Assembly (NCBI GenBank): GCA_047967505.1
Contig: CM106538.1
Length of the DNA stretch: 64,000 nucleotides
Reading direction: 5' to 3' (one strand)
Source of the DNA: Dipteris shenzhenensis
Lineage: Eukaryota
In this document: positions 12,301-26,623 of the stretch, one piece after another
How positions within the stretch are numbered: the stretch's first letter is position 1
Layout: each line of letters opens with the position of its first letter
Translations under genes and position numbers: made by a program
The notes under the pieces: generated by a model
What the model was told of the DNA's origin: nothing
The model's input: the letters and a program-made list of their open reading frames with translations, nothing else
Databases searched by the model: none

Positions 12301-14339
12301 TAGGAATGGAGAGCAGCGGTTCTTTAGCAAAGATAAGGGTTCATGCAAAGAGACAGTAGTGTTGGTTTGGGTCATATATTGAATACCCTTTGACTCCATA
12401 AGGTTCATCAATTTCATTGCATACACCTTCACGAGGGCAATGTGCAAGGACTAGATGAAGATCTTCAACGATCACCTTGTGCACAAGTCAAAACGTCAAG
12501 AAATGCCATTAAGATCACCGTGTTTTGAAAGAATCATTATGTGCATGATCCACTTTGTTACCCAAAATAGGTTTCCATGGAGCTTAAAGTACCACTTCCT
12601 TTTTACAATCTCTGTTGGATTGGAGATGGCAAGGCTATCGGAGCGGGTTCTAAAGAAGAGTAGCTAGCGACCATTCTAGATGTGTGTTTTGCCAGCAGTA
12701 GCATGCATTGCTTTGAAGCCAGAAGACATCGGCATGACATGAATACTTTGAGGTTTACATAGATTTGCAGTCTGTCTTTCATAGAGATGGCATGTTGAAG
12801 ATGTAGTCACTTTTAGAGGGATCTGTGCCTTCAAGTGCAACCAAAGTGTCATTGCTACAACCGATGAGTTTAAAATTAGGATGATACAGTTTGCAAACAA
12901 ATTGGTCAAATCAACTAGCAAAAATGTAGTTGGACAAATGCAAGCATGTTCCAGATGGTATATGCAAAATCAAATCCCCATGCAGCTGGGTGATGCGAGT
13001 GCATTCATCAAGACAAAGGATGATCCATTACAATGAACTTCTTTATCAAATTTACATGTACAAATTGCCATCCATGTCTAGAGTTAGCCGTCGTGGGATG
13101 AGCAAGATTGTTGTGCTGGACCATTGATGTTGAAGAAGATAGTACGTAGTTATCAATCTCAATGTAGCTCGATTGAATGGCTGCCCCCATTGTTGCTTTC
13201 AGAGATCCCATACTCCAGTAAACCGAAGAAGAGGGTTGGTTGTAGTAATTAAGCTGAAGGACTCTTGAATCTTTGAAGTGGAGAGAGAACCTGCTAGAGA
13301 CGATTGGGAAACTCAAGCTTTGGTCAAGAAGGATGGTATCCGTGGGGATTCAGAAGCTCTCCTAGATGACATTAGTTGGGCTTGACATTGGTTGGGCTCA
13401 TGGGCTGATGAAGAGCAAGAGATTTCCGGTGTCAAGGGGATGGGATTACGGTGGGAGGTGTTGGAGGACCAAATGTGGGTGGTGGAATTAAAGAGCTGGA
13501 CATCGTCAAAGTAGAAGACTATGAAGGAGGAGGAAGCCAATGTGGAGAGAGTGAAGAAAGAGGAAGGGCAGACAGGGAGGTCACAGTTAGCAACCAAAAC
13601 AGTGGCCTTGGGAGTCCAGGGGCGAGGAGATGGGCAGAGGGGGAGGCAGAAGACACGGCACACAAGGGGAGCTTGAAGGTGGTGGAAGGGCTGAACAAGG
13701 GTGGCCCAGGTGTAGCACGCTGCTTGTAGTGTTGTGCTCATAGCAGCAGTGCATAGATGTGCCATTTAAATGCTAAAGAGGGAGCTTTCCTTTATTCATT
13801 TGGTAGAAAGGAGTTGACACTTGATCAACAATACTCAAATTGGTGAAAGTTAGACTTTTGAGTCTTTTCAATGACCAACAATAATACTAAAGGACTTTTA
13901 AATAAGAAAAATTTCAAATTGTCTTCTTTGATCAAGTAAGAACATTACAAAAGGAGACAATGGGCTTATACATGAGTATTCAATGCATTAATGCTTGAGC
14001 CCCTTTGAATACCGATCACTATTCACAAGTGGGGCGCCAAATGTTGGGCCTCTTCTACAATGTACTAAAATGAGCTACCATCAAGGTGTTTTTCTTGAAC
14101 AAAACTTTCATTTGGATGTAAGCCCATTTTGGTGCTATGCTAATTTTGGCAACAATTAATTTGATTTTCTAGCAAGAAGGCAAGTACTTCTTTGCCACAA
14201 GCTTTGGTGGTTGAGATCTTAGTAAGATAGCAACAATTCAAGAATGATTAAGCTCAATTTGAGAGAGATTAGTCTTTGTTGGACATCAAGTGATCCATCT
14301 CTAGAACATGGAATCAAAAGAAAATTAAACAAGCTTTTA

Positions 14340-14960
14340 AAGCTCACTCAACTTGTCAGGAACCAATGCCTATGTTCCTTCATTTCCTATATCATTTCAT
14401 AGCTTCCATACCTTAATGTGCAAGGCCACCATAAGTGGGTGAACAACCCGATTATAGGCCTCTAGTTGGGAACTAGAAGAAGAATTGAAAAATCCAAGAG
14501 GAGTTGTGCATAACAATTGCGAGTCCACAACATCGCTTGCCAATATTGGTGCTCCATGATTTGAGAGATGTGGAAGGCTTAGCCACATAGCTTGCAAAAA
14601 TCCGATAGAATCCCACCTCCATTTCTAAAACCTTGCTGTATTTGGTTGTCTTCAATCCAAGCAAGGCTACTCATTCCTCTTTGATTCTTTGTAGAATGTC
14701 AAGTGCCATCTCAAACTTTCAATGTGCATCCATACTCCCACTCTTCAAACTACTCTTCTTCAAGAGAATCATCTCATGAATTTTATCCTTTGTTCTATGC
14801 ACTTCTTCAACTCCATCATAGCCAAAGACGGCTTTGCAGTACTATCCAAATCAATACAAAGCCCTGGTTCCATGTTATGCGGATTCTTTTTTGATTATAT
14901 TCCAAACAATACTTTGGATATTCAACTTTTGGTTGCATCTCTCTAGACTCTAAATGTCAC
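14340..14960 (+). pseudogene. Highly decayed LINE reverse transcriptase remnant
   Basis: Only weak, frameshifted echoes of the (R)QG and LFxDD motifs near 14655 and 14885. Confidence 0.3.
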
Positions 14961-14975
14961 CTTCAAGAGCTTTGC

Positions 14976-15145
14976 TTGGCACAAAGCATCAAGAATGATG
15001 AAAAATAGAGATATTGACACAAGCATTGTAGCCACTGAATGATTGCAAGTTTAGGTGCTTTTTGATTGGCACACAATATCAAGAATGATGAAATAAAGAT
15101 ATTGACTCAACCATTGTAGGCACCAAACAATTGTAAGTTTAGGTG
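14976..15145. repeat. Tandem duplication of a ~90-bp unit
   Basis: ttggcac..aa..atcaagaatgatgaaa...gatattgac.caa.cattgtag...aagtttaggtg occurs twice. Confidence 0.8.
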
Positions 15146-15863
15146 GCTTGTGTCTAAGAATCGATTTTGTGAGCATGTACACTTTATCTCTAGGATGTTG
15201 TGAAATATTGCATTATGAGCCTAATGAAATGTGTCTTCTATTCTATTTCTTAAGGAAGAGTTGTCATGTGGCAATCCGAGAGAAGTGCCATGTGGAGAGC
15301 TTCCTAAAGAGAGCTAGGTGGAGAGCCTTCAGATGAAAGAGACGAGGTAAGCCACACGTCAAAGAGTTGTTGCCTCCCAAAGAGTGAGCTATGTGTGTGG
15401 GTGTGTGTGAGTGTGTGTGTGTGAATGAAGTATCAATCTGACACAACATGGCCAATAATGGTGGTGGGAAAAGTGTTTCAAGATTCTAAGACTATCACAT
15501 GCAAATGGCATAGCCAATGTCTAGAGAACCGCACCGGAGTTGAGGTCACATACAAGACCCTAATTGGACAAGCCACAGGCAAAAAAAATGTCAATAGATA
15601 GGAATTGTAGTAGAAGTTAGCAGGACATCCATTGATGTGCAACAGGGTTCACTTTGCACTAACATTATGAGTTGATAGCAAAACAAGGTTTGTAACATGC
15701 GGCTAATAAATGGTGCAGATGATACTAATAGCTGGCACCTGGGAAACACAAGGCAAATAGTTGATGGAAGCACACGGGTAGAGCACAGAGTCTACAAAGG
15801 AGTCGATATTTAGTTTCTTGACTCAATCCGAGCCTTAGGTGGGCTTTTGCACAATGCATTACC

Positions 15864-18540
15864 TATTGAGATATCGAGCTCCACTCGCGATATGCCAGGG
15901 TGACCGTTGTGCATTTATGTCACCGACTTGTTAGCTACAGATGCGGTTGGTACACCGCCCACGAATAATAGCTGGATGACAGCTATCCTTATCTACACTA
16001 GTTCGTGGCTCAGTTAGTATGCCACCTTAGTTAGTTGAGTTTGGTTTGAGACCCACATATAGGGTTCTTCTATTTCTTTGTACTAGAGTTCTTTTGGCTT
16101 ACACAACTAAGAAGAGGAAAACTGTTTTCAGCCTCTACCTTTGTGTGTATTCCCCCATTGTGCTTGTGAGAAAGCCTCAAGTGAGACTTCTTCCCTCTCT
16201 CCCACTATCTTCACATGGTATCAGAGCCTTGTTCGTGGAAAGGAGCTCAAGAAAGCAAACCAAGTTCGCAGTGTCCTGGTAAGAGGACCAGTGTTGCTTT
16301 CCTTTTTTCGAGTTTGGGAGCAAATCTCTACAGGTAGCACAGCCGGAAGTGCAAGAGTGCACTGTCTTAGATTGAGACGCCCTTCGCGGTGTGGCGAGAG
16401 GGCATTATATGCTGTGGGAGAGGGCGAACCCGTATGTGACTTGATTTTTCTGATTTGAGGTCATTTCGGGGCCCGTTTTGGAGGCAGAAGTTCTCCGCAG
16501 GCACTCAGAAAAAGGCCCTGTTTGGGCTGTGCGACCACTGTTTTGCAGGTCGGTGAAAAGTTACCGCAGAAATTGCATCGTATGCCTATGCGCAGAGATA
16601 TTGGGAGTTGCAAAATAATCATCCTTATTGCCTGTTGATGCAAAATCGTCACTAGGAAGTGACTGTGTGGTCAAAAACCACTTTCGTCAGGTTTGCAGAT
16701 TTGCCCTTGTGAGGCAGAAGCTGTGTTTTTTGTAGTGACAGAATATTTTGCAGTGTTCTGTAATGGCGTCTGATTCTCTTTCACAGATTGTCACTGAAAA
16801 GCTTGACAAGAACAACTTCCAAGCATGGAAGTTTAGAATGACGAATTTCCTTATGGGAAAAGGCTACTGGGAGTTCATTACAGGAAATGAAGAAGAACCA
16901 GTTCTTCCTAATGTTCCCAATCAATAGGAAATGCAGGCATTTAAAGGATGGCATGAGAGAGCCAGAAAAGTTATGTACTGGCTGTCTATCAGTATTTCAG
17001 ATTTAATGATTGTGCATATTCAGGATGCAAGTACGCCAAAGGTGGCATGGGATACTTTGGCTAAAATGTACAGCACAAATACGCAGGCCAGGAAAATGCA
17101 GCTCAAGCAAGAGCTGCACAATGTGCAAAGAGAAAATATGAGCATCAATGACTACCACATGAAGGTGAAGAAAATTGCGGATGCACTTGCTTCCATTGGG
17201 TCGCCAGTGGATGATGACGATTTAGTTTCTGTGACCTTGAATGGTCTATGAAAGGATTATGCACAGTTCCGGACATCCATTGCCGTCCGTGAAAAATTTC
17301 GTGATTTTGAGGAGTTGATTGCTCTTCTAATTTCTGAAGAGCAGAGAAATGGTGGTGCATCTTCTTCAGGAGGAACTTCAAAAGAAACTGTCTTCTACTC
17401 AAATGCTGGAAGGGGTAGAGGCAGAGGTAGATGAGGCCGATCTGGAGGCCGTGGTAGAAATCAGAATATGCAGCAAACTCAAGAAAACCAGTCCTATGCA
17501 GGAGGATGTGGTAACTCTAGAGGCAGGGGGAGCCAAAGAGGTCGTGGTGGATGGCAAAGAGGCCAAAATGCAAACAGCAATGTTGAATGCTACTACTGTG
17601 GTAAAATGGGGCATATGGCTAAAGATTGCTACAAAAAGCAGAATGACATTATGAATGGAAAATTGTAGCAAGGCAATTATGCATCCTCTAGTAGACAGGG
17701 TGATGACAAAAATGAGCATTTGTTTATGATACAGCATATGACAAATTCTGTGACAAGTGCAGAAGAAAGCAATGATGTGTGGTATGTTGACTCAGGTGCG
17801 TCAAACCACATGACAGGCTGAATGGATGCAGGATGCAAGGAAAATGGAAAAACCAGGATTTGTGGAGACTGGTGATGATACTGCACATCCTATTGTGAAG
17901 ATTGGCAAAATTCCTTTGTCTATGCAGGATGGGAAAAAGAAATACTTGTCTGCTGTATTTCATGTCCCGAACATCACCAAGAACCTGGTTTCTGTTAGTC
18001 AAATGGTTGAGCAGGGCTTGCAGGTCAGATTCAATCCTCATGGATGCTTTGTTGACGATATGAAAAATAATGGTCGCTTGATAGCAAAAGGAAAGAAGAA
18101 GGACAGGATGTTTACGCTGGATGCGGACATGCCTGAATTGAGTGCAGCAATGTTTGCACATGGGACCAGTGTAGTTGCAGATATTGATATCTGGCATAAA
18201 TGCATTGGTCATGTTAATGTACAACGACTTAAATCAATGCAGGCCCAAAATATTGTTGCAGGATTGCCTAAATTCAAGGTTGCAGAAATGCATAAGTGTG
18301 TGAAGCCTGTCAATTTGGAAAACAAGCAAGGAAACCATTTCCTAAGCATGTTCAAGAGAGTAAGAAGCCATTGGAATTAATCCACTCTGATGTGTGGACT
18401 ACTAAAGCTGCATCTATTGGAGGCTGTCATTACTTTGTCACCTTTATTGATGACTACAGCAGAAAAGTTTGGGTGTATTTTATGAAAAAGAAAAGTGAAG
18501 TGTTTGGGCACTTCAAAGTTTTTAAAGCTATGGTTGAAAA
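15864..18540 (+). mobile_element. Copia family B 5' portion: LTR 15864-16215, PBS 16216-16227, gag, protease, N-terminal integrase
   Basis: 352-bp LTR followed by a perfect TGGTATCAGAGC; gag, CYYCGKMGHMAKDC, WYVDSGASNHM and LELIHSDVW; close to the reverse complement of 39660-42274; contains stops and frameshifts. Confidence 0.93.
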
Positions 18541-19646
18541 AGTGTCATCGGTGAGCAAGAAGCAACCCACAGTTGCTCTTTCTTCTACCGAGGCCGAGTA
18601 CAAATTTGCATGCTTTGCTTCTTGCGAGGTAGTGTGGTTGAGGAGGATTTTGGGTGACATGGGTGCAGTGCAGAACAAGCCTACGCAGTTATCATGTGGC
18701 AATCAGAGTTGCATGGCGATTGCAAAGAACCCAGTGTTCCATGCTCGCACAAAGCACATTGAGATTCAATATCACTTTGTACGCGAGCTCATCATGGATG
18801 GAGAGGTCAACTTGGTGTATTGTCCAACTACAGAGAATGCTGTAGACATCTTCACGAATGCTCTTGGAAGAGAATTGCTGGAGAGGCATCTTCATCAACT
18901 TGGCATTGCACCAAAAAAGTAAGTTCACTTGCGAGTGGACATTGAGGGGGGGTGTCAGATATCAATGCTTCACTCTCGTGTAACTACACAAGAACTAGCT
19001 AACTCTACTTATAAGCCCCCCATATGAAGAGAAGGCATTTGAGTAGCTCGGTTATCCGGTAGGTCCTAGTTTGGACACGAGATGGGGGCCATGTGTGGCC
19101 TGACGGCTGGACGGCTTCAGATAGAGTTGGCACACTGCCAACTAGGCTACATGCAAGTGCGGGAAGGCATCCCTTGACTGACCGCACTGAGGGTAGATAG
19201 AGCATTTTTGGGGCAGCCCACTCTCAAGTTGCGGGGCCCATTTGGAGCCTCAGATGATCCCGGATGGCTTTGGGCCGAGCGGAGATGATCCCGATTCTAT
19301 CATATGGTTGGTGGCCTGACCCTCAGTCGATTGTTTTGGTCGGACTGGGTCGGTCACCCAATTGAGCCTAACCGACTATGATTGGTGGCTATATAAGAGC
19401 AAGCCCATGAAGCCCATTTCATCACTGACTACAGCAACCCTGATTCCTTAGCATCTAGCCTTCCTGTTCTACTGTTTCTAGCACACCATCGAAGCTTCTT
19501 TCACAAGAGCGCACGATTGGGAGGCAGTGCCATCTATTGTACTAGTTCTACAGTAATCAAATTTTTGATTCTCCATACTATCTTGTTTTCTCCCTTGCGT
19601 ACGAGATCCTATTATCTGTTGAGCACAGACGTATTATTTTCTTACA
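18541..19646 (+). mobile_element. Copia family A 3' portion: RNase H, PPT 18944-18952, 3' LTR 18953-19646
   Basis: SKKQPTVALSSTEAEY...HARTKHIEIQYHFVRE; PPT gagggggggg; LTR TGTCAG...TTACA homologous to 2718-3446. Confidence 0.9.
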
Positions 19647-22600
19647 TCTCACTCTATTGGTAATGAAGGTCACTTCAAGTTCTCTCTCTTGATGTCTCTT
19701 TCCTTTCTCCATCGTTTTCTCTTCCAAAGTGCTCAAAAGTGTTGTCTATTCGGCCACTCATTGTGCATACATGGTTTATCTATTTCCCAAGCCACAAAGG
19801 GAGCTCTTCCTTCCTTCTTAGGCAACCTCTATGGGACTTGGATTGTTGATGAAGTTTAAGCATGAAGGTAGTATTCTCCCAAGTCCGCACCAGTAGAAGG
19901 AGTAGGTGTTTTTCATGATAGTTTGGACCCCTGTCAGTATTTTGCTCATAACTTTTCGCTCGATGGTCCGATTTGGACAAAACTTATATCATGCAAAACT
20001 CTCTTCAAGGAGCATCATCTTATTATTTATTATATTATATGTCAAACTAAAAATCTATGACTCTCTATGTGTGACTGTTTTTTTCAGATAGTTTTTACCC
20101 CCGTGCAGTAAACTACCCATATCTTTTCGACCGCTTCTCTGTTTCTTATAAAATTATATCAGAGCAAAGCCCATTTCAAGGCGCATCTCAATATGTGTTT
20201 GAATATTTGATATTATGTCTTTGTTGAAAGTTATGGGTCTCTGTGTCTAATGACAGTTTGCATAGTATTTTGAGCTAATTGTAACGGTATCTATGGGGAA
20301 ATGTTTCCTCGAAACCTACCCATCTGACCCAATCAACCCCTTCAAACTCCTTGATATATATTAGTTCATGTCATTTGAGCTGCAAGATCTTCTTTCAATA
20401 ATGTATCGCTCTTCTCTTTGGCACAGACTAGCTTGTTGAGATTATGGCCTCCGCTGATACTTTCCTTCTCCCTATGCTTGAGTACAACATTACTTGGGAT
20501 GTTACCATCTTCATTCTCACCTAAGGGAGGATAGTATGGTGTGGTCTCTTGGTATAAAAGCTTCTTTTAATGTCCCTTTCTTAGTGATGAATATCTCTAT
20601 CACTTAGTTCGAAAGCAGTAGGAAGTGAAGAGGTGTGTGAAGTTTATTACCCCCAACTTCATGTCACATGTTTTGGTGGAGACACTAGGTATGTTTGGTA
20701 TTGGATTCATCCCACCTTCCTAAACAATCTTGCATGTACTTGATTGCATGTTATGCCTAGTAGAGGCATGTGTTTTCTGATGTGATAAAGAAGATGCCTG
20801 GAAGAACTCTGTTAGAAGAGATTGCAGCCCGTTTAAGAGAACTAGAAGATTGTGAAGGTGATGCTCAAGCTATTCGCACAGTTATCATGATCATATCCTT
20901 TATGTTTGCACTCTTGAATATGTTGGTGAATTGACAATGTCGACAATAGGCACAATGATAGATTGTGGATTGTTTCATGCACTGGGAGTTTGGTGTGAAG
21001 AATAGTTGAGTCTTTGGGTAGTTTTTGACTACAACAGTGGAGTGGTGATTCTCAATTCTTTCAACTTCTTTTGCTATGCAAATGATGAAGCGTACAATAT
21101 CTTGAAGCTGTTATGTGCACTTCCAATTGTGACAAGGGTGATTCTTGAATGCATGTATACACAATGTTTTCATGGTGCTAGTTGGTCACTTATTTTTAAA
21201 GATTTTGTTGAGGATCATATTGTGGAGGGTTTCAACAAGTGGTTATGCATAATAAGTTGGTCTTGGTATACTGACTCTGTGGGATCTTGTTTGGATCTTG
21301 TTTGGGATATTATTTGGATCTTGGTGTTTCCTTTTTGTGTTTTATCATGGTGAACATTCCATTGTTTCAAGGGTCCCAAGGGGAAGAACTGAAGTCTTAT
21401 CTTCGGGATTTTGTTTGAGGATGCTGGCTTTTTGGATGGTCCATGAAGGATCAGGCAAATACTTTGCCTCATTTTCTTGAAGGTGTAGCCTTGAGTTTGC
21501 ATGAGGCCTTGCTGGATTGTACCAAGGAGGACTGGGACCAAGTGGTGGCTGCAACAATCAAGCAGAGATTTGGGTCAATGGAGTCACCAAATGCTTTGAT
21601 GTTGCAATTGGACTAGTTCTATTAAGGGGAGGGTGAGATGGTCTCTGCATTGGCAATCCCATATGAAACTTTATGGACAAAGTATGAAAGGGTAGCTTTG
21701 CGAGCTATGGCATCTGCATAATCAGCCCCTTAAAGTTTCCTAGGGATGGAGCACTTGAAGATGAGCAAATTTGTTATGTCTTTGGAGCCTCGTCTTCGCT
21801 CAAAAGTAATGAGTAAAGATCCAACAACATACGTGGAGGCACTTCGCATTGTGACAAAGAAAGAAGCTTCTCTAATGATCGAATCCTCAGGTGGAGGTAA
21901 TGGGCACTCCTCAGGTACCAAAGTCCTCTGAGTTAGATCATAATATCTCCCAATTGATGGCAGAGTTTGCTGATTTGAAATTGCATTTGGTTAATGCACG
22001 ACAACCTAGAGCACCAAAGAGTGAAGATAGGCCTCGAGATAAGAGTGGGGTCACTTGTTATGAATGTAATGAAAAAGGTCACTATCACCTTGAGTGTCCT
22101 AGATTGAGAAAGAAAGAAGAAAAACAAGTATCTTTGTTAGAAGCTTCTTCAGGGGATGAGCAAAGAGAGGTAATGATGGCTAAATAGGGGCATGGTAAAG
22201 AAAAAGAAGAAGAAGAAAGCAAGGAAGAAGTAGATGAGGAACATTAGGAAGAGGAACACCGTAGTAAGAAAAAGAAGGAATCTAGAAGGAGAATTAGCTA
22301 GTCAGACTTTCCTTTAGGACAAGGCATTGGAAGCTATGACTTGTTGTCCGACCTTAAAGAAAAAGAAGCTCATATCACCTTTGGTCAATTACTTGCTTTG
22401 TCTCCAAAACTATAGAAGGAATGGGGAAAGCTAGCAAGCACAAGAGAGTCAAAGAAGAAAAAGAAGCAAAGTGCCATTCCTATTGTTCAAAAGGTAGATA
22501 TAGATGTTGGTGAGATGATGTACCTGTGGTTGGTGTGATCATTGATGGTCAAGTGATTTCTAATGTGTACATTGATGGAGGTGCATCGATTAATGTCATG

Positions 22601-25600
22601 AGTGAGAAGACCATTATAAATGCTGATTTAAAATACTCTAGTTGGAAGTTGTGAAGAATCTACAAGTGGATGTGTGTGGAATTTCTATGCCGACTACTTT
22701 TCAGGTGATCCCTACCAAGCCAGATGCACGTGCCTATTCGTTGATTTTGGGAAGGCCCTGGCTATGCAAGGTGAAGGCTGTTTAAAAGTGGGATACTAGA
22801 GAATTGCTTTTGCAGGGAAATGATAAGAACATGCGGTACAACATTAGAAGCCACAAAAAGAAAGTTGTCAAGGAGGAGTCTTGAACATCAGAGAGTTCAA
22901 GCTCTGACTTAACCGATGAAGAAGAAGAGATAGGGTGTAGCTCCGAGGAGTCTAGCTTAGAGGGTGAGGTGGAAGGAGTGGCCTTTGGTCTTTGTCTTGG
23001 TGCTTATCAGGATGAGTTAAAAGGGAACAAGGTGGTGGTACAAGAAGATCTTGTAGAGACACTTCATGTGGAGGATGTGGAGCACACTAAATGATGCCAA
23101 CGTAATGAAGAGCTTCTTGGTGATTCTCTAGCAGAGGTAGTGAGAAGCTCTAGTACTTGGATATGTTAGATGACTTTTCATGTCTCTTTGCAACAAGCTA
23201 TTCACAGGTTCAACCAGTCTCTCTTATGGAGCACAAGATTGAGTTGAAGCCACAAAGCAAGCCAGTTGTGCAACACTTAAGGTGATTGGGGATGATCCAA
23301 ACTGAGGCACTAAAGAAAGAGGTAACACAACTACTTGAGGCAAGATTCATCTTTCCTCTTGATGATTCCAAATGGATATATCCTATAGTTATCACACCAA
23401 AGAAAGGAATTAAATGGCGGATTTGTGTGGACTTTTGTCCTTTGAATGCATGCACTAAGAGGGATCATTTTCCTTTGCCATTCCAATATGAAATACTAGA
23501 CCAAGTAGCAAGGCATGAGATGTATTCTGTATGTGATGGGTATTCTAGCTACTTTCAAATTCGTATTCGGGAGGAAGATCACAAGAAAACATCATTTGTC
23601 ACACCTTGGGGAGTTTTTGCTTATAAAGTGATGCCTCTCGGGTTGACCAATGCGCACTAGCTACATTTCAAAGGTTCATGAGTCAAGTGCTTGAGCCTTA
23701 CTTGGGAAAGTTCATAAGAGTGTTTTTGGATGATTTCTGCATTTATTCTCAGCACATGGATCACATGGAGACATTAAAGATAGCCTTAGCTAGGATTGAT
23801 GAAGAAAAAGGGTGTCTAAATCCTAGCAAGTGTCATTTGGCTCAAACAAAAGTAGTCTTGTTGGGGCATATTGTGTTTGAAGAAGGCCTGCAAATGGATT
23901 CTAGCAATGTCCAAGCAATCATGGCATTGCCAAGTCTTGAGAGTGTCACTGGTGTCCACAGAATTCTAGGAAAAAGCAAGTATTATCAATGCTTTTGTGA
24001 TGATTTCACAGAGATAGTGCATCCCATGAACTTGTTGACAAGAAAAGGAGTATCTTTCCAATGGGGTGTGGAGCAACAAGAGTCTTTTCAGCAACTTAAG
24101 GAGGCCATGAGTAAGGGCCCGATATTGAAGCCCCTTGATTGGTCTCAAGACTTTTATGTAAATCCAAGTGTATCTGTGCATTCAGTTGATGTTGTATTAC
24201 TACAAAAAGGAGAGGCAGTTAGAATGTAACACATCTATTATGCCAATCGACTGCTTATAGAGGTGGAAATAAGGTATGAAGAAATGGAGCAGCAAGCCCT
24301 CTCTTTGGTGTTTTTTGTCAGAAAGTTTCGCTCCTATTTATTACCTTGGCCATTTTTCTTCCTTACCTCTCAGTTTGTATTAGCATATCTAGTTTGCAAG
24401 CCTAATCTTGAGGGGAGATTTGCAAAATGGTTGTCAGAGCTTCAAGAGTTCTCTTTCTCTTTTCACTGAAAATACCACTAGGTCGACTATGGCAGATTTG
24501 CTCACAGAACGGCAGGATCTAAGAGAAGAAAAAAAATATAAGGACATTAATGATGAAAGGGAGACACCACCAACAGCTTTTGTCTTGTATTTTGATGGGG
24601 CTTTTAGACCTTCATGCCAACAAGGAGCCGAGGGGATAGTCTTGATGAATTTTGAAGGTCAAGAGGTGTGGGCAAGAGGACAAGAGCTTCTAGGTATCAC
24701 AACTGACAATGCAGCTGAGTATAATGCTTTGATTGTTGGTTTGGAGGGTTGTCTTCAAAGTTAATTTAAATAATTGGAAGTAAGAGGAGATTCTCAACTT
24801 ATTATAAAGCAAATGCAAGGGCATTACAAGACAAGAAGTCCTCATTTGAAGGAACTTAATCAAAAGGCTATGGCACTACATAGTCAATTTGATTTTTGCA
24901 AGTTTGTTCATATAAACAGAAAAGAAAATCAAATGTCAGATGAGTTAGCTACTCAAGCCATTGTAGTACAAGACCGGGAGGTGGTTTCTTTGGTAGACAC
25001 TAGATGGCTAGAACTGCAAGATGTTTAGCAATATGTGAAAGAAGGCATGTTTCTTTGAGGGTTAACTCCACAATAGAAGCAAAGATTGGTTACTTTTGGC
25101 CACACCTCCATAAGCATGTATATGAATGTCACCAATGGAACCTATTATCTTGAGGATGTTGATGGCATGGTGATATCCGGACGCACCAATGAGTATCGCC
25201 TTAAATTCTTCTATGCTCGACCATCTTGAGGGCCAACAAACCCTCTCTGTCACGAGAGAGGATCTGCTAGAGGGGGAAGATGTGATGCCAAAAATTGATA
25301 TTTTTTATTTGGCATTGGTATTGTTTGTCTCTATGTTTGATAAGAGTTTGAGTATTAGGCAATAGCCTAGTGGCTCTCACTTATTTTGATTTTCTAAGAT
25401 ATTGTATGGGATTGAGAGGAGTGGAATGGATCATTGTAAATACCATGTGTATGAATGATAAATACCTTAGTATGAGGTGAGAGTTATCTGTGTATGGGAT
25501 ATTATGGGGTTTCTAGAAAATAGGAAGAGTGAGTCATATAAATAGGTGGGCTCATGTCCATGTGTTCCAATAATATAAGAGAGGCCACATGCTAAGCATG

Positions 25601-26028
25601 TGGAAGGCATGTGGAGGAGTGTGGAGTCAAGAGGAATCCTTCTAGAACTCCTATGTGGAATAAGGAGGATGTGGACATATGGAAAAGAGAGGGTCCCTAT
25701 GGGCTCCATGTGGGGAGACTCTTGACTTTCTCAAGATTTAAAAGTCTTGAGCATCTTTTGATGGGACACATGGCAAGAGTAGCTAGAAAGGACATGGACG
25801 GTGACATACGGCCTTATGTGATTGATGGGGAAAGGAATCTATAGGCAGCAATTGTAAATGGGTGAAGGAGGGTGACAAAATCTCTATAAAAGGAGCCCTC
25901 CTCTCCCTTGTTCATTATCTCTTTCACCATTAGGCCTCATGTTGCTATACCTCTAGTCTCCTCAAGCCTCTTCCATGAGCCTTCTGTCCCTCTTGTAGAT
26001 ATTCTCTTATGTAGACTCGTGAGTCTAG
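19647..26028 (+). mobile_element. Degenerate Ty3/gypsy Tat-type element: partial LTR (19647-~20560), gag (~21345-22190), protease, RT, RNase H, additional RNase H, deleted integrase, PPT, partial 3' LTR from 25281
   Basis: CYECNEKGHYHLEC, IDGGASIN, WRICVDF..LN..TKRDHFPLP, VFLDDFCIYS, aRH LYFDGA..NAAEY..GDSQL; PPT agagggggaaga then TGTGATG. 19647-20562 is the reverse complement of ~26624-27546. Confidence 0.88.
24580..24965 (+). pseudogene. Archaeal-type additional RNase H (aRH) domain between RNase H and integrase
   Basis: LYFDGAFRP..EGIVL, TDNAAEYNALIVGLE, EVRGDSQLIIKQMQG, HINRKENQMSDELA; in-frame stops at ~24762-24773. Confidence 0.85.
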
Positions 26029-26620
26029 CACCTTTTTTTAGAAGCTTCCAAGTTTTGTAAGGCCTGTAATCTACATTCATACAAGGATTCTAGCTGTACC
26101 AAGCATTGAGCATAGGCATCCTCCTATCATTCCTTTCTTGCAAGAGTAGTGCAAACACTATGTATCTCCAACTCAATGGGCAAAATGGCTTCTATTCCAT
26201 ACACTAGTTGGAATGGTGTAAACCCAATAGCTAGCTTGTGTGTGGTTCTATAAGCCCATAAAACCTGTACCAAGTACCTATCCCAATGCCTTTTCTTGGT
26301 GTCTACAAACTTTCCCATTGAATTGCACAACAATCCATTTGTTTTCTTAGCCAAGCCATTACATTGGGGATAGTATCGCATGGACATGCTATGATTTATC
26401 TTTAGCTTATGCACCACATCTTCAATTAGTTCATTTCTAAAAGAGGTTCCTCCATCAGTGAGAATTTCCAAAGGACAACCAAAGTAGGACAACCAAAGTG
26501 TGAACAAATTTGATCAAAGAGAAATTTTGCAACTGTGCTTGCCTTGCTATTGGCTATGGCCTTGGCCTCTGCCTACCAAGTCACATAATCTATGGCCACC
26601 AGTAAATAATGCTTGCCTGA
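26029..26620 (-). pseudogene. Gypsy integrase core fragment, inverted relative to the flanking element
   Basis: FGCPLEILTDGG..YYPQCNGLA..LWAYRTT..TPFQLVYG; duplicate of 28721-29550. Confidence 0.85.
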
Positions 26621-26623
26621 GTT

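Noticed and set aside
11000-13765. Possible LINE ORF1 or endonuclease remnants and several 60-150 aa ORFs
   Set aside because: No convincing motif could be read; too degenerate to call.
19647-19651. TCTCA after the A LTR, identical to the TSD at 49392 and 54764
   Set aside because: It is part of the gypsy LTR target sequence; a 5-bp coincidence.
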